A DNA stretch of 64,000 nt from Squalus acanthias (Eukaryota): NCBI GenBank assembly GCA_030390025.1, contig CM059432.1:131380001-131444000 (forward strand), in the 5' to 3' direction. This document shows, one piece after another, positions 1 to 12,100 of this stretch; within the stretch, counting starts at the first letter, position 1; each line of letters opens with the position of its first letter. Below the pieces are notes generated by a model. That model saw only the letters and a list, made by a program, of their open reading frames with translations, was not told the origin of the DNA and did no database searches. Position numbers and translations under genes: made by a program.

Positions 1-207
1 GTAATTAAAGTCCCCTAATATCACCACTCTATAGCTCTTGCATATCTCTGCGATTTCCCTGCAGATTTGCTCCTCTACCTCCCTCTCACTATTCGGAGGC
101 CTATAGAATACCCCCAATAGCATGATCATACCCTTTTTGCTCCTCAACTCTAACCAAATGGATTCTGTCCTTGTCCCTTCAAGAACATCCTCCCTTTCCA
201 ACACTGT
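1..207 (-). mobile_element. CR1 LINE fragment (APE endonuclease region)
   Basis: Minus strand reads LLGVFYRPPNSEREVEEQICREIAEICKSYRVVILGDF. Confidence 0.85.
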
Positions 208-334
208 AACAACATTGTTGACCATTGTTTTTATTTTCAGTAGCTTCACAGGGATGGTTTTTGTTTTTTTGGAGACCTTTACAAGTCTGGTTTTTCTCTC
301 AGGTATTCTGTTGCTTTTTTAGCCATCAAAACAG

Positions 335-496
335 TATATCGCCGTTCCTTCATCGTCGCTGGGTCAAAATCCTGGAACTCGCTCCCTAACAGCACTGTGG
401 GAGTACCTTCACCACACGGACTGCAGCGGTTCTAGAAGGTGGCTTACCGCCACCTTCTCAAGGGCAATTAGGGAAGGGCAATAAATGATGGCCTTG
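335..496 (+). mobile_element. CR1-clade LINE 3' end fragment
   Basis: Near-identical to 8621..8814; inverted homolog at 497..551. Confidence 0.75.
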
Positions 497-922
497 TTAG
501 GTAGGGTGTTCCAGGATTTTGACCCAGTGACAATGAAGGAACAGCGATATATTTCCAAGTAAGGCTGGTGTGTGACTTGGAGGGGAACTTGAAGGTGATG
601 GTGTACCCATGCGCCTCCTGCCCATGTCCTTCTAAATGGTAGTGGTCACGGGTTTGGGAGGTGCTGTCGAGGAAGCCTTGATGTGTTGCTGTGGTGCATC
701 TTGCAGATGGTACACACTGCAGCCACGGTGCGCTGGTGGTGGAGGGAGTGAATGTTTAAGGTGGTGGATGGGGTGCCAATCAAGCGGGTTGCTTTGTCCT
801 GGATAGTGTCAAGCTTCTTGTGTGTTGTTGGAGCTGCACTCATCCAGGCAAGTGGAGAGTATTCCATCACACTCCTGACTTGTGCCTTGTAGGTTGTGGA
901 AAGGCTTTGAGGAGTCAGGAGA
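497..922 (-). mobile_element. CR1-clade LINE fragment (RT C-terminal region)
   Basis: YKAQVRSVMEYSPLAW...LDTIQDKATRLI in ORF 646..945. Confidence 0.8.
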
Positions 923-1211
923 CCATCTCCTTTTGCTTTGTACAATCATACCTTTTGTCATTTAATCTCTCCTGCCTTCCACCCTATCACAGACCTTCCC
1001 TTTTGTTCTTTCTTCCCCTCCTCACTTTCCCTGCCTCTGCACTTGCTTAAAACTTGTTATACCTCTAACTTTCTCCAGTTCTGATGAAAGGTCTTCGACC
1101 TGAAACGTTAACTCTGTTTCTCTCTCCACAGATGCTGCCTGACCTGCTGAATATTTCCAGCATTTTTTGTTTATATTTCAGATTTCCAGCATCTGCAGTA
1201 TTTTGCTTTTG
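923..1211 (+). mobile_element. Penelope-like element 3' tail (pLTR)
   Basis: Homologous to 60596..60885, 24836..24933 and 7648..7723; contains a hammerhead motif. Confidence 0.75.
1077..1113 (+). ncRNA. Minimal type I hammerhead ribozyme motif (Penelope-associated)
   Basis: AGTT-CTGATGA-A-AGGTC(TTC)GACCT-GAAA-CGTT-AACT: conserved core, 5-bp stem II, palindromic AACGTT in place of stem III. Confidence 0.7.
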
Positions 1212-2561
1212 TAATGATGTGGGTTGTTTTTGAAGTTCCCCAAATTCAGTATCTTTGGAAGGACTGTGAAAATGTTTGCCCCCCCCACATGAGACAACAA
1301 CATACCTTTAAATGACCACCTGCCTTTAAATGCCAGCTACAGCCATTTAGAAGATTCAAATGCACCAGATAATTTATCCTTCTCCCTTTGGCAAGCTCCC
1401 ATCTGGAGCTTGCTTTGCATATCTAATTTGGATGACCTCAGAAGAAGCAGAAGGGTCAGCCACTCCGTTTTAGGCAAACTTAAAGTTTGCAGCAGACAAA
1501 TCCTGCAAGCCAAGCAACAGGACTGGAAAATCCCAGGTGAACAAAGGGCCCAATGCTGGAAGGAGGTCCAGAAGTTTCACAACACGAAGAATTCAGAGAA
1601 GTCATAGCTGACCACTGTTCTACACTCAGGCAAAATCAGCTGACCTCATGCAGATACACCCTCAATAGCTGCATGAATGGAGAAGCACAGCAACTGTAGG
1701 TTGGCATTCATATTACCAGTTCTGTGACATCATGCAGCACTGCACAAGTGACTCCATGTGCCACCTCCAAAATCACTGATCCCACAGCAGTTCAAGTAAG
1801 AGACCCCTCTGGTACTGATGCAGGTACATCAGAAGTTGGAAACACAGGTGGCAGGGGTTACGGATTGCATGCAGCCAACCTGTACTAAGCTATTCCCTCA
1901 GCTAGCAGACCGCTTTGGGTTAGGGAAGGCACACAAAGATGTTTATGACTCAAAAAGACATATACATGCCAGACAAAGTCTTGAAAATGTAAAGCACATC
2001 GACACGAACACCAGATACATGCTGACTGCTGCTGCACTTTGGAATAGCTGACAACAGCCACTGCACATATTGGGGGGGTATTTTAACTCCAAAAAACAGG
2101 TGGGTTGGAATCGTGTGGGAGGTTAAAGTGTTAAAAATGTGAATCCCAACCCCAACCCGCCCACTTCCAGTTTTAACGGAGGTGGGACGGGGCAGGGCAG
2201 CCAACCCACTCCCAGGAGGCAGGTTGGCACTTTAAATATTATAAATGAGGGTGGAAGCCTCGGGTTTAACCTGCGGTGGCCAGCTAGGGATCCCGGGCCT
2301 CGGGATTCCCGGCAACTGCAGCAAGGCGAGGAGAGCCTCGGGGAGCAATCCTTGTGGGCCGGGAGGTTCTTCCTCCCGGCCCCCCCCACCATAAAAAATT
2401 GCACATGCTGGAAATTTAAATAAAAATAAAGTATGAAACTACACAACAGTATTTGTAAAGAGTAAGTGGCAAGTTAACTGAGTTTGGTGGTATATAAAGC
2501 AGTCCTTTCTCTGATAGACCTGCTGTGTATTTTCAGCATTTTATGTTTATTTATAATTTTA

Positions 2562-2933
2562 AAAAGACTTGCATTTATATCGCACCATTCATGACCACCA
2601 GACGTCCCAAAGCGCTTTACAGCCAATGAAGTACTTTTTAAAGTGTAGTCACTGTTGTAATGTAGGAAACGCGGCAGACAATTTGTACACAGCAAGCTCC
2701 CACAAACAGCAATGTGATAATGACCAGATAATCTGTTTTGGTGATGTTGATTGAGGGATAAATATTGTCTAGGACACCGGGGAGAACGCCCCTGCTCTTC
2801 TTCGAAATAGTGCCATGGGATCTTTTTCGTCCACCTGAGAGGGCAGACGGGGCCTCGGTTTAACATCTCATCTGAAAGACGGCACCTCCGACAGTGCAGC
2901 ACTCCCTCAGCACTGCACTGGAGTGTCAGCCTA
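2562..2933 (-). mobile_element. DeuSINE (SacSINE1-like)
   Basis: Deu-domain sequence gatgttaaaccgaggccccgtctgccctctcaggtggacg..aaagatcccatggcactatttcgaagaagagcagggg on the minus strand; homolog at 57288..57737. Confidence 0.8.
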
Positions 2934-3078
2934 GGCAGCTATCTAGTCTACGTGGCTTAGTTCCACACCATGCTTTTAGTCCAACTGAGAAATCAGGGGT
3001 GTAGGCATTCTGCATTTTCTGAAAAACTAAGGTGTGTGTTCACATAATGAGGAGAATCCACTGGTTTTGTAAACTTAC

Positions 3079-3214
3079 CACAGGAAAACGTCTCTGAAAA
3101 AGATGATAAATCCAGATTGTGTGAAAATTCTTCCAAACCATCCAAGCAAAGAAGACTGCTACCACAATCTGCATTCCTCTTTTCCTCCTGGTAGTCATTA
3201 CTGTTCATTTCATC
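3079..3214 (-). CDS. Next exon of the divergent CAGE1-like gene (DEMNSNDYQEEKRNADCGSSLLCLDGLEEFSHNLDLSSFSETFSC)
   Basis: aaaccag| acceptor, G|gtaagt donor; starts in phase 0, in frame with the 5962..6144 exon; gene continues beyond the left edge. Confidence 0.55.
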
Positions 3215-3659
3215 CTGGTTTGAAGCCCAAGCATAAACAGAGAAGTAGTACAGTGTATGCACCAGATATGCAAATAATATTTTAAACAGAAAGGCACCAA
3301 TTCATATACAAACATTTCTGTACACGCCACCATTGGCGATGTACTGCCAAAGAATGGAAATTTGGTTCTGATTAGACAATACTCGTGACAATAGCTGGCA
3401 GAAAGTTGGGTGACACAAAGTTGATCTCACAATTGCAACTATTTTGGCCATGAAGCATATCCTGATAGTGAATGTTTAGCTAAATATAGATGCAAATTAT
3501 ATTGTGCTACCAAGCCAAACAGCCAGTCCATTTAACTGATAAATGAACAGTCACTGTATGTTGATGAAATAGAAATTCACAAAGACTTATTTTCTACTTA
3601 AGCCATTATATTCACTTTTGTTAAATAAAAATAATCTTAGTTGTTAACTTTTTGTGTTT

Positions 3660-3987
3660 ATTCAGCAAGTAGCTCAGCTATACGAACCAAGAAAGTTCCT
3701 GGTTCAATCCCCGGCCTGTGCTGAATAAACTGATCTCAGACAGGCAGTGGGATTGGCGTTACAGTTGACCTCAGTGTCCTGGGTTATGAGGGGGGGGAAA
3801 AAAATCAGCAAGGCTTCCCACTCCTGATTGTTGTGCAAGTTCAGTGAGCACAGCTTTGGTTTTACCTGCAGACAAACAGTTTACTGACTGACACTCACCA
3901 TCAAGGCTCATACATGAACAATGAAGGCTCGGGCAAAGTTCTACTGGGTGATTGGCAATATGGAATCACGGCCCAATAAGAGTTAAT
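3660..3987 (+). mobile_element. Old tRNA-derived SINE (family also at about 21740-21990, 58440-58780, and split around 50928/53258)
   Basis: A/B-box-like head (gtagctcag...ggttcaatccc) and a shared body (acagttgacctcagtg...aaaatcagc..gg.ttcc.actcctg). Confidence 0.55.
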
Positions 3988-4401
3988 GGTCCAGAAATTC
4001 GGGTGTGCCCATTTTTGGGCGAGCGAGGGGCGCAGCGTGCATTCCCTGTGTATGAATGGTGAGGCCCAAGGCTCCCCAGATATTGAGCCTTGGGCCTCAT
4101 TATAATGGGGCCAGCGAAGAGCAGAGCAAAATCAGGCCACTGCCAGCGTTGCAGCGGTGGCAATGGGTGGTGGTGGAGGGGGGAGAGTGGTGCCGATTGA
4201 TTCCTTTAATGTGGGATCGGGAGGACCAAGCATGTTTCAGGCATGAGTAAAGGACGTATTTTTTTGTCCATACCAAATATGGCGGGCTACGCACTTTTAG
4301 CCGGAAATGTGCACATGCTTCCAGTCCCCGCCCCCTATTGGGGCCTTAGTAATCCAAGTAGCACCCGCAAAACGGGTGCTGCGCAGACCAATTTCTAGGC
4401 C
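3988..4401. mobile_element. Harbinger-type MITE
   Basis: TIRs GGTCCAGAAATT / AATTTCTAGGCC; AAT duplicated on both flanks. Confidence 0.7.
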
Positions 4402-4715
4402 AATATCTTCAAGAGTGGAGGAGGCGAGAAAAGGGGCAAACTATCAAATAAAGAAGCAAATCATGTAACAGAAAATTCTTACTGATTTCATTGTGAATTC
4501 TTGAGAACTGAATCTGTAATGCAATGGAATAAAGTGACCTCATTCCCTTGTAATAAAATGAAAAGCTTTCAGCCTGCAGTCCAAATGATTGTGAAAATCA
4601 TTCTATGAAACAATCTGCATTTGTACACATCAATTTAACTAGTCAGAAAATCTATACCACAGCTAAACATCTTCTATTTATGCATACATTCACCATTAGT
4701 AAAGTAGGTGTATAG

Positions 4716-5090
4716 GTTTCAAATCCCTCCATGGCCTTGCCCCTTCCTATCTCTGTAATCTCCTTCAGCCCCACAACCCCCCCGAGATATCTGCGCTCCT
4801 CTAATTCTGCCCTCTTGAGCATCCCTGATTATAATCGCTCAACCTTTGGTGGTCGTGCCTTCTGTTGCCTAGGCCCTAAGCTCTGGAATTCCCTGCCTAA
4901 ACTTCTCCGCCTCTCTTTCCTCCTTTAAGATGCTCCTTAAAACCTACCTCTTTGACCAAGCTTTTGGCCACCTGCCCTAATCTATCCTTATGTGGATCGG
5001 TGTCAAATTTGTTGTCTTAAAATACTCCTGTGCAGTGTCTTGGGACGTTTTACTACATTAAAGGCACTATATAAATACAAGTTGTTGTTG
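4716..5090 (+). mobile_element. L2-type LINE 3' end
   Basis: LRSS...TFGGRAF...GPKLWNSLP; (GTT)n tail; homologous to 18507..18969. Confidence 0.8.
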
Positions 5091-5961
5091 TATCTTTATG
5101 TAAATTACCATGATACATATGGCAAATTACTGCTTCTTTATGTAAGTTAGCCATAAATATCACTTATCAAATGTCAGCTACTAATTACTTTTCAATGCAC
5201 AGTATTTCATTTCAAATTCAATACAGATAAGTGCAAGGTATCGTACATTGGAAAGAAAAATGGCTATAATAAGTATGCTATGAATGATGTAGAACAAGCT
5301 AAATGTGAAGTGGGCAGGGATCTTTTGCTTGATATATTTTTGCCTTATTGCAGTGCATATAACAGAGCTATAACTTTGAGTTCACCCAATGGACGAATCA
5401 GATCGCTGTAAGTCAGCATGAACTTCAGCTAACATATCAATCAGATCACAGAAAATGTGGCCTCCTTGTTAGCTTCCATTAATGACCGAGCAGATCACAG
5501 AAAACGACAGATGGACAAACTCAATATTTTGAATAATAGATTTAAATTTGCAAGTTGCAGAGCTACAAATTTAAATTTGTTACAGAACAAATAATGAATC
5601 TGCAATATTGGATTATCAAGCTGGTGACCAAGTATCTGGACAGAGTAGCGGGAAATACTTCACATTTCCCAATAGATGAGCTTTATTATACTCTCCTTAC
5701 AAATAGATTGGGGCCAAAAATAAAAAAGACACTATTTTAAAAATGTAATCCTTAAGATGTGTGGCATCAATGAATCTTATTATAGAAACTGTGAAATAGA
5801 ATCAATGCTCTGCTTGCAAACCTTGCCATAATGTTTACACATTCACATTTATGAATCCAGTTAGCCTGACCTGTGGAATATAAATATCATTTCATGGCCA
5901 AATATGATCTATCCTTCGTGCTTCTTACATTCAGCTCTGAGGTAAATCTAATTGATCTTAC

Positions 5962-6144
5962 CTGCGATAGCTCTGAAGATGCACTCATAGTTTCAGTTGC
6001 AAATGACAGCTCATCCTTTGTGTTGCTTATTGAACTCGTATCCAAAGGAGAAATACAGTCAAACCGATAATGGCTAGCTTCCTTCATTTCGAAGTTATCC
6101 ATATTACGATTCCACTTTTGAATCTTTTGATCACTCATTCCCAA
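5962..6144 (-). CDS. Exon of a divergent gene, probably CAGE1-like (LGMSDQKIQKWNRNMDNFEMKEASHYRFDCISPLDTSSISNTKDELSFATETMSASSELSQ)
   Basis: Minus-strand tttcctgcag| acceptor and CAG|gtaaga donor; 183 nt open frame, phase 0-0; non-repetitive; head-to-head with RIOK1, where CAGE1 lies in human. Confidence 0.6.
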
Positions 6145-7320
6145 CTGCAGGAAAATTTCTACAAAAGTATCATATATATGATTTAACAAATTGCATTTGT
6201 GCACATTTTCTTCCAAAATATTTTACACTCCCCCCCACACACAGAATCTTTAAGCAAATACCTAACAATATGTACTGTATAGGCTTACATACATGGTGAC
6301 TTTGCACAACCTCCAATTTCCAGCCTAAAACCTCCCAAAAATCTACATCCCACATATAAAACAAACCCATAGGCCTTACCATTCCGTCTCCCAGTCTGCC
6401 ACTCAACTCCATGTTTATTGCTCCCTTCTCGCTAATACATGGGTATCTTTAAAATGCCATGGCCTAGATTTTCCACTCGAGTTATGCCAGCTCCCGGGTG
6501 CAACTCAAATGGACTTAGGCAGGAAATTCTTCAGGAGCCATTCCACTAACTCCCTACTCTCCTCCTTCACTTCTAGGATCTCTCACCGGAAGTGATGGGG
6601 GATGTACAGTACATCTGACCATATATGGGCACTTATATTGTAACATTATGCAAATTATAGATAAATGTTCCCCATTGTATTATTCATCATTTGCGCCATA
6701 GCAACACTGGATGGAAGGTATGTCTGTTCATGCCTGGCATCCAGTGTTACTATGGTTGGTAGAGGGGTCATTTAAATTTTAAAAAGGCCAAAAAGCCTAT
6801 GTAATCGAACGCAAAGTAATTTAGGATTGTGCTTAGGTGTCTTTCTTTTATTTTTTGAACTTGTACTTGATAGAGAAGCTCTCGCCATCCAATGTTGCTG
6901 TAATCCTCAATCTCCAGTCCCCCCTCCAGACAGGCTCCCCAGCAGAGGCCAGGGAACCTGACTGGAAAATGCAAATGACCCTGAGGCCAGAAAATCAACC
7001 AGAGTCAGGAATGTGTCCTTGTGGCAGACAGACGGCTTGACCCATCAAAGATGCACTGGGAATTTCACAAGTGCAGAAATTTCTCACCCATCTAATTTTG
7101 TATGACTTTCTTTCTTTGTAAATCACTTTGTTGGAAGATGATGCTTTAATTTCCATTCCAAAAGATTAAATTAAAACATTGCAAATCCCGGTATCCATCT
7201 CCTGAATCCTAAACAGCAGCAGCATGTGGAACAGTGAGTATTAAAATCAAATCTCCTACTTTTTGCAGAGATGTGTGGACTTCCTAGAGAGGGAGAAGTG
7301 ATCTTAGCACGCACTGACTG

Positions 7321-7970
7321 TTACATAGAATTACATGGAATTATATAGAGTCTACAGCACAGAAATAGGCCATTCGGCCCAACTGCTCCGTGCCGGTGTT
7401 TATGCTGCACACGAGCCTCCTCTCCCCCCTCTTCATCTAATTCTGTCAGCAGATCCTTCTATTCCTTTCTCCCGCATGTGCTTATCCAGCTTCCCCTTAA
7501 ATTCATCTATGCTATTCGCCTCAACTACTCCTTATGGTAGCGCGTTCCACATTCTTACCACTCTTTGGGCAACTAAGTTTCTCCTGAAATAAAAACAGAA
7601 AATGCTGGAAATACTCAGCAGGTCAGGCAGCATCTGCAGAGAGAGAAATGCTGCCTGACCTGCTGAGTATTTCCAGCATTTTCTGTTTTTATTTCAGATT
7701 TCCAGCATCCACAATATTTTGCTTAAGTTTCTCCTGAACTCCCTATTAGATTTATTAGTGACTATCTTATAATTATGACCTCTAGTTTTGGACTCCCCAC
7801 AAGTGGAAACATCGCTATGTCTACGCCATCAAACCCTTTCATAATCTTAAAGACCTCTATCAGGTCACCCCTCAGCCTTCTCTTTTCTAGAGAAAAGAGC
7901 CCCAATCAGTTCAGCCTTTCCTAATAAGTATATCCTCTTTGTTCTGGTATTATCCTTGTGAATTTTTTTT
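7321..7970 (-). mobile_element. CR1 LINE 3' fragment interrupted by a Penelope tail
   Basis: Homologous to 30952..31492 and 56308..57119; short-repeat tail. Confidence 0.85.
7589..7723. mobile_element. Palindromic Penelope-tail insertion with 15-bp TSD
   Basis: TSD TAAGTTTCTCCTGAA at 7574-7588 and 7724-7738; perfect 50-bp inverted repeat at 7584-7633 / 7648-7697. Confidence 0.85.
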
Positions 7971-8620
7971 TATGTACTGTGCCTGGAACTTGCTCTGTCT
8001 TGGGTTCTGGATGCAGGTAGAGTATTGTACTGGCTGACTGTAACTTACAAGGTGGAACACAGCATCACACTTACAGTCAGAAAGTGCAGTACTCAACTTC
8101 CTCTGGAGCCAAACAAATCATGACTCTCAGGCCTTGCAATGATCCTTTCTCGTGTATAAGACAGCCCTTCTACTTTAACCACAAAATGGGTGCATAAAGT
8201 TCCTGTCTTATAGGTGAATATATACAGTATTGTGAGAGATTCAGAAACAGAGTGGGAAAAAAAAGATAATGGGTGAGAAACGGAGCAAAAAAAGAGAGCG
8301 CGAGAGAACGTGCAAGAAACAGCAATAGTCAAAGTAAAAATTTACATTTATATAGCCCCTGTCACATCCAACAACACCTCACAACCAATGAATTACTTTT
8401 GAAGAGTAGTCAATATAATTATGTAGCCAAATGCAACAGCCAATTTGCGCATAGTAAGGACCCACAAGCAGCAAAGAGATAAATGACCAGTTCGTCAGTT
8501 TTAGTAGTGCTAGTTTAGTGAAAAATGCACCCTTGTATATCACGGCATAACACTTTGCCACAAAGTAGATTGTCATTTTGTAGCACCGTCACTTAATAAG
8601 AATTGCATCTTACTGGGGAA

Positions 8621-8814
8621 ATATATCGCCGTTCCTTCATCGTCGCTGGGTCAAAATCCTGGAAGACCCTCCCTAATAGCACAATGGGAGCACCTTCACC
8701 ACACAGACTGCAGCGGTTCAAGAAGGCAGCTCACCGCCACCTTCTCAAGGGCAATTAGGGATGGGCAATAAATGCTCAGTGACACCCACATCCCATAAAC
8801 GAATAAAAAAAAAA
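8621..8814 (+). mobile_element. CR1-clade LINE 3' end with A-rich tail
   Basis: Matches 335..496; ends in gaataaaaaaaaaa. Confidence 0.75.
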
Positions 8815-8913
8815 TGTGGATGGTAAGGAGTGGGAGGGAATTCACTCGTGATTATATTTTATTTTGGTACTACAAAATTCGAACTCTGACAGAACTTTGT
8901 AGGCAAATATGTT

Positions 8914-9020
8914 GGCTGGGATTTTCCACTTCTGCACTCCCCAGCCTACAATTTGCTGCCCATTCATTTTGATGGGTAGAAAATTGCAGGTCGGGAGCTC
9001 AAAAGGAGAAAATGCTGCCC
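8914..9020. mobile_element. Short palindromic MITE
   Basis: Imperfect end-to-end inverted repeat GGCTGGGATTTTCC...GGAGAAAATGCTGCCC. Confidence 0.5.
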
Positions 9021-9263
9021 ATTACCATCAAGCCAAGTGTTTTGACTAATGTGTTCCAGAACATTATCCTGGGTATTCATTCATGTACAGATTTTATTTT
9101 TAAATCTTATGATCAATGACATTGTTAGTGAGTTTTAACTGATTTTACCTCCAAGACCTCAACAAAACACACTATTCACATTTCAACACAAATTGTAATA
9201 AAGTGGCAGTCTCACTCAAACAGGTTCAAACCATATCTTTCATGATAAAGTGAAATGCCACAC

Positions 9264-9670
9264 TGGGGCTCTTTACTCTAGAAAAGGGAAGACTGAGGGG
9301 TAACCTGATAGAGGTCTTTAAGATTATGAAAGGGTTTGATAGGGTAGACATAGAGAAGATGTTTCCACTTGCAGGCGAGACCAGAACTAGGGGACATAAA
9401 TATAAGATCGTTACTAATAAATCAAATAGAAAATTCAGGAGAAACTTCTTTACCCAGAGAGTGGAACTCGCTACCACAAGTAGTAGTTGAGATGACTAGC
9501 ATAGATGCATCTAAGGGGAACCATGATAAACACATGAGGGAGAAAGGAATAGAAGGGTATGTTGATAGGGTTAGAAGAAGGGTGGGAGGAGACTCGTGTG
9601 GAGCATAAACAATGGCATGGGCCTGTTGTGCCCAATGGCCTGTTGTTGTGCTGTTAATACTATGCAATGC
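9264..9670 (+). mobile_element. CR1 LINE 3' fragment
   Basis: [29 protein letters not shown]...FFTQR motif. Confidence 0.85.
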
Positions 9671-11154
9671 AGTGGGGGTTCTCATCTGAGCTTGGGAATA
9701 AACAGTATTATGGAGGCACAATAGATGGGAATTTATTCTGCAACTGGTCTGTACCATATCTGATCTGGGAGTGCTTGAGGTAGATGCAGAGTGTAAAAAA
9801 TAGGGAAAGGTTCTATATCACCAAAATAAATTTGATGTTTTAACTCTCATACTGAGTGATGAAAATTTTTATTTTGTTAGCGACTACTGGCAGATTTGGT
9901 GGGGTACTAAGTAGAGCTGCATTCTCACATTAATCATTGACTAATTTTGTGAATTTGAGCAACGTTATGCACATGTCTCCAGTGCTAATATTCAAGCTGC
10001 CACTTGCGCTGTATGCTGCGTCCTGCTATAAGATTATCAGCGCGCGGTACAGGTCTTCGGTAAAAGCTGGGGCCAAGTGGCAGGATCATGTTCAACGGCA
10101 ACTAGGCTAACCACTTCACTGCCATAGTTTGCTACTGAAACTCGATTGAATTCAGCCTTACACACTCAGAGAGGAGAGTTTTAGAAAAAAAACCATAATA
10201 GCTTGGAAAATAATGACTGCACATACAGTGAAAAAAGAGGCACGGTTAATATGTATGTATATGGAAACAGAAAATAATTTTTTATGCTCACCATTGTGGG
10301 TGGATATTTAAGATTGAATGGTGAAATAGAGGGCAAGATGGCACCTGATCCCTGGAAATGACTGGAGCCCAATCATTCCCAGAAGTCACCGCAACATTAT
10401 AGTATTGTCTGCAATTGGAAATTATCTTTAGCATATTGAAAAGATTGTGTATAGTGCATGTCATCACATAATTGCCAAAACACACTACCTGTAATGTTCT
10501 TATTATGCTTCTGTGTTGTGCTTCTGTGTCACACAGTCAAATTTATTCAAATATATTCATTTATGCTACAAATGCCTTACAGTTGATTGAGTGATATAGA
10601 AATTTATTCTACCTCAACTAAACTTCCTCTAGCTGACTGAATCCCAGAGAATAAGTCTGCAAGGCACTTACATATATTAATTTGTTCGAACAGTAGAAGG
10701 CTAGCCAAGCAACCCTATCAAACTGCTCAAAAAAATTCCAAATTCTTTCATTCATTATTTTCTCCTCAGTCGCAGAAATTTCTAAAATCCAAAATAAGGC
10801 TTTAAACTTAATAAAAAGAGGAAAAATTATATATTTCACAATGATGTAATTAAACATACCTATAAAGTTGTCTTTTGTGTGTTTAAGTAGTTTCATTAAT
10901 ATTCTTACATGGAACACGTCAGCTTCTGTTAAAAGCCTGCAGTTGGAATTTTATATTTTGACCTTGAGCTCTATCAATCTGTTAGCTCCAGGGAGATGCC
11001 AGAGTCTGAGCATATAGAGTGTACACAAATCCCCACCATTCATCAAGCGGATTTTCTCATTGCTGTTTGTCCTCTGATTGCACTTATTTCTTTCTTCTAA
11101 GTTATTCCAAAAGATGCTAGATAGCATTTTTATTCTTCACATAATGTTTACATT

Positions 11155-11762
11155 GGCCTCAAAATTCCAAGGGGGTTCTACTCGTCTCCCACTGCAACTT
11201 TGGCAGGAGACCAGTAGAACCCCCCCCACTCCCCCTCCCTCCCTCCAGCCAAAGAAACCTTCCCTTACAAGGCAAATGGTGGGGCTGAGTTTTGGGGGGG
11301 GGGGGGGCAGGGAGCAGAGCCAGTGTTGGGAACTCCCTAAACTGGAGTTCTCGCTCCTGAGGCTCATTGGGGACCCAGTGTAATAATGGCAGCTAGTATT
11401 CTGAGAAAGGTGAGGCATACTGGTCTCCACGAGGGTGTGTGTGGCCCCACCAGTGGGGTCTATGCCTTACAAATTTATCCTGGATCAGTCCCTGAGCAAA
11501 GGGGCCAATTGGAGCATTGCCAGAATCAGCGGGGCGGGGGCGGGGGAGGAGGAGTTGGCAGGGGTCTGGGCAACTCCCATGAGCAGGTGGCTGTCCAGAT
11601 TTCCACTGGCATGGGGGCAGGTAGGTCCTACCCAAGTGACATTTGCACCTGTCTGCTCCACTGACCCCACAAATTCTGGTAGGGGTGGTCAGTGTTGGAG
11701 GGGACCAGCAGGCGTGTTCTCAGCATAACCACAGGGATTGCCATCTGTGGAATTTCAGGGCC
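11155..11762. mobile_element. Harbinger-type MITE
   Basis: TIRs GGCCTCAAAATTCC / GGAATTTCAGGGCC; flanks ATT and AAT. Confidence 0.6.
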
Positions 11763-11959
11763 AATGTAACTATTAGCAACCGCTGAATTAAACTGCTTAA
11801 ATTTTATCTGAGAGGGAGGAGACAAACAGCAGCTGCCCTTTTCTGTTATGCCTACTTACAAAGCCAAACAATTAATTTGTTTATCTCAGTGGAAAGCAAC
11901 CTAAGAATTTTTCTCTTTTCAATGGACTGAATGTTCCCACAGTTAGGAGGTAAAACATT

Positions 11960-12100
11960 GCCCCAGAATTTTCTCCAAGCTGCGACCGCTCCATCGCCGT
12001 AACTTTGCCCAACAGGTAGCGGAATTCCTATTTACACAACTAAATTTTCTGTCACATTTCCAGCGGTGGAGCGGGAGCAGCTCCGAGGAAATTCTGGGCC
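11960..12100. mobile_element. Harbinger-type short MITE
   Basis: Long imperfect TIRs GCCCCAGAATTT..agctgcgaccgctcca / tggagcgggagcagct..AAATTCTGGGCC. Confidence 0.7.
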
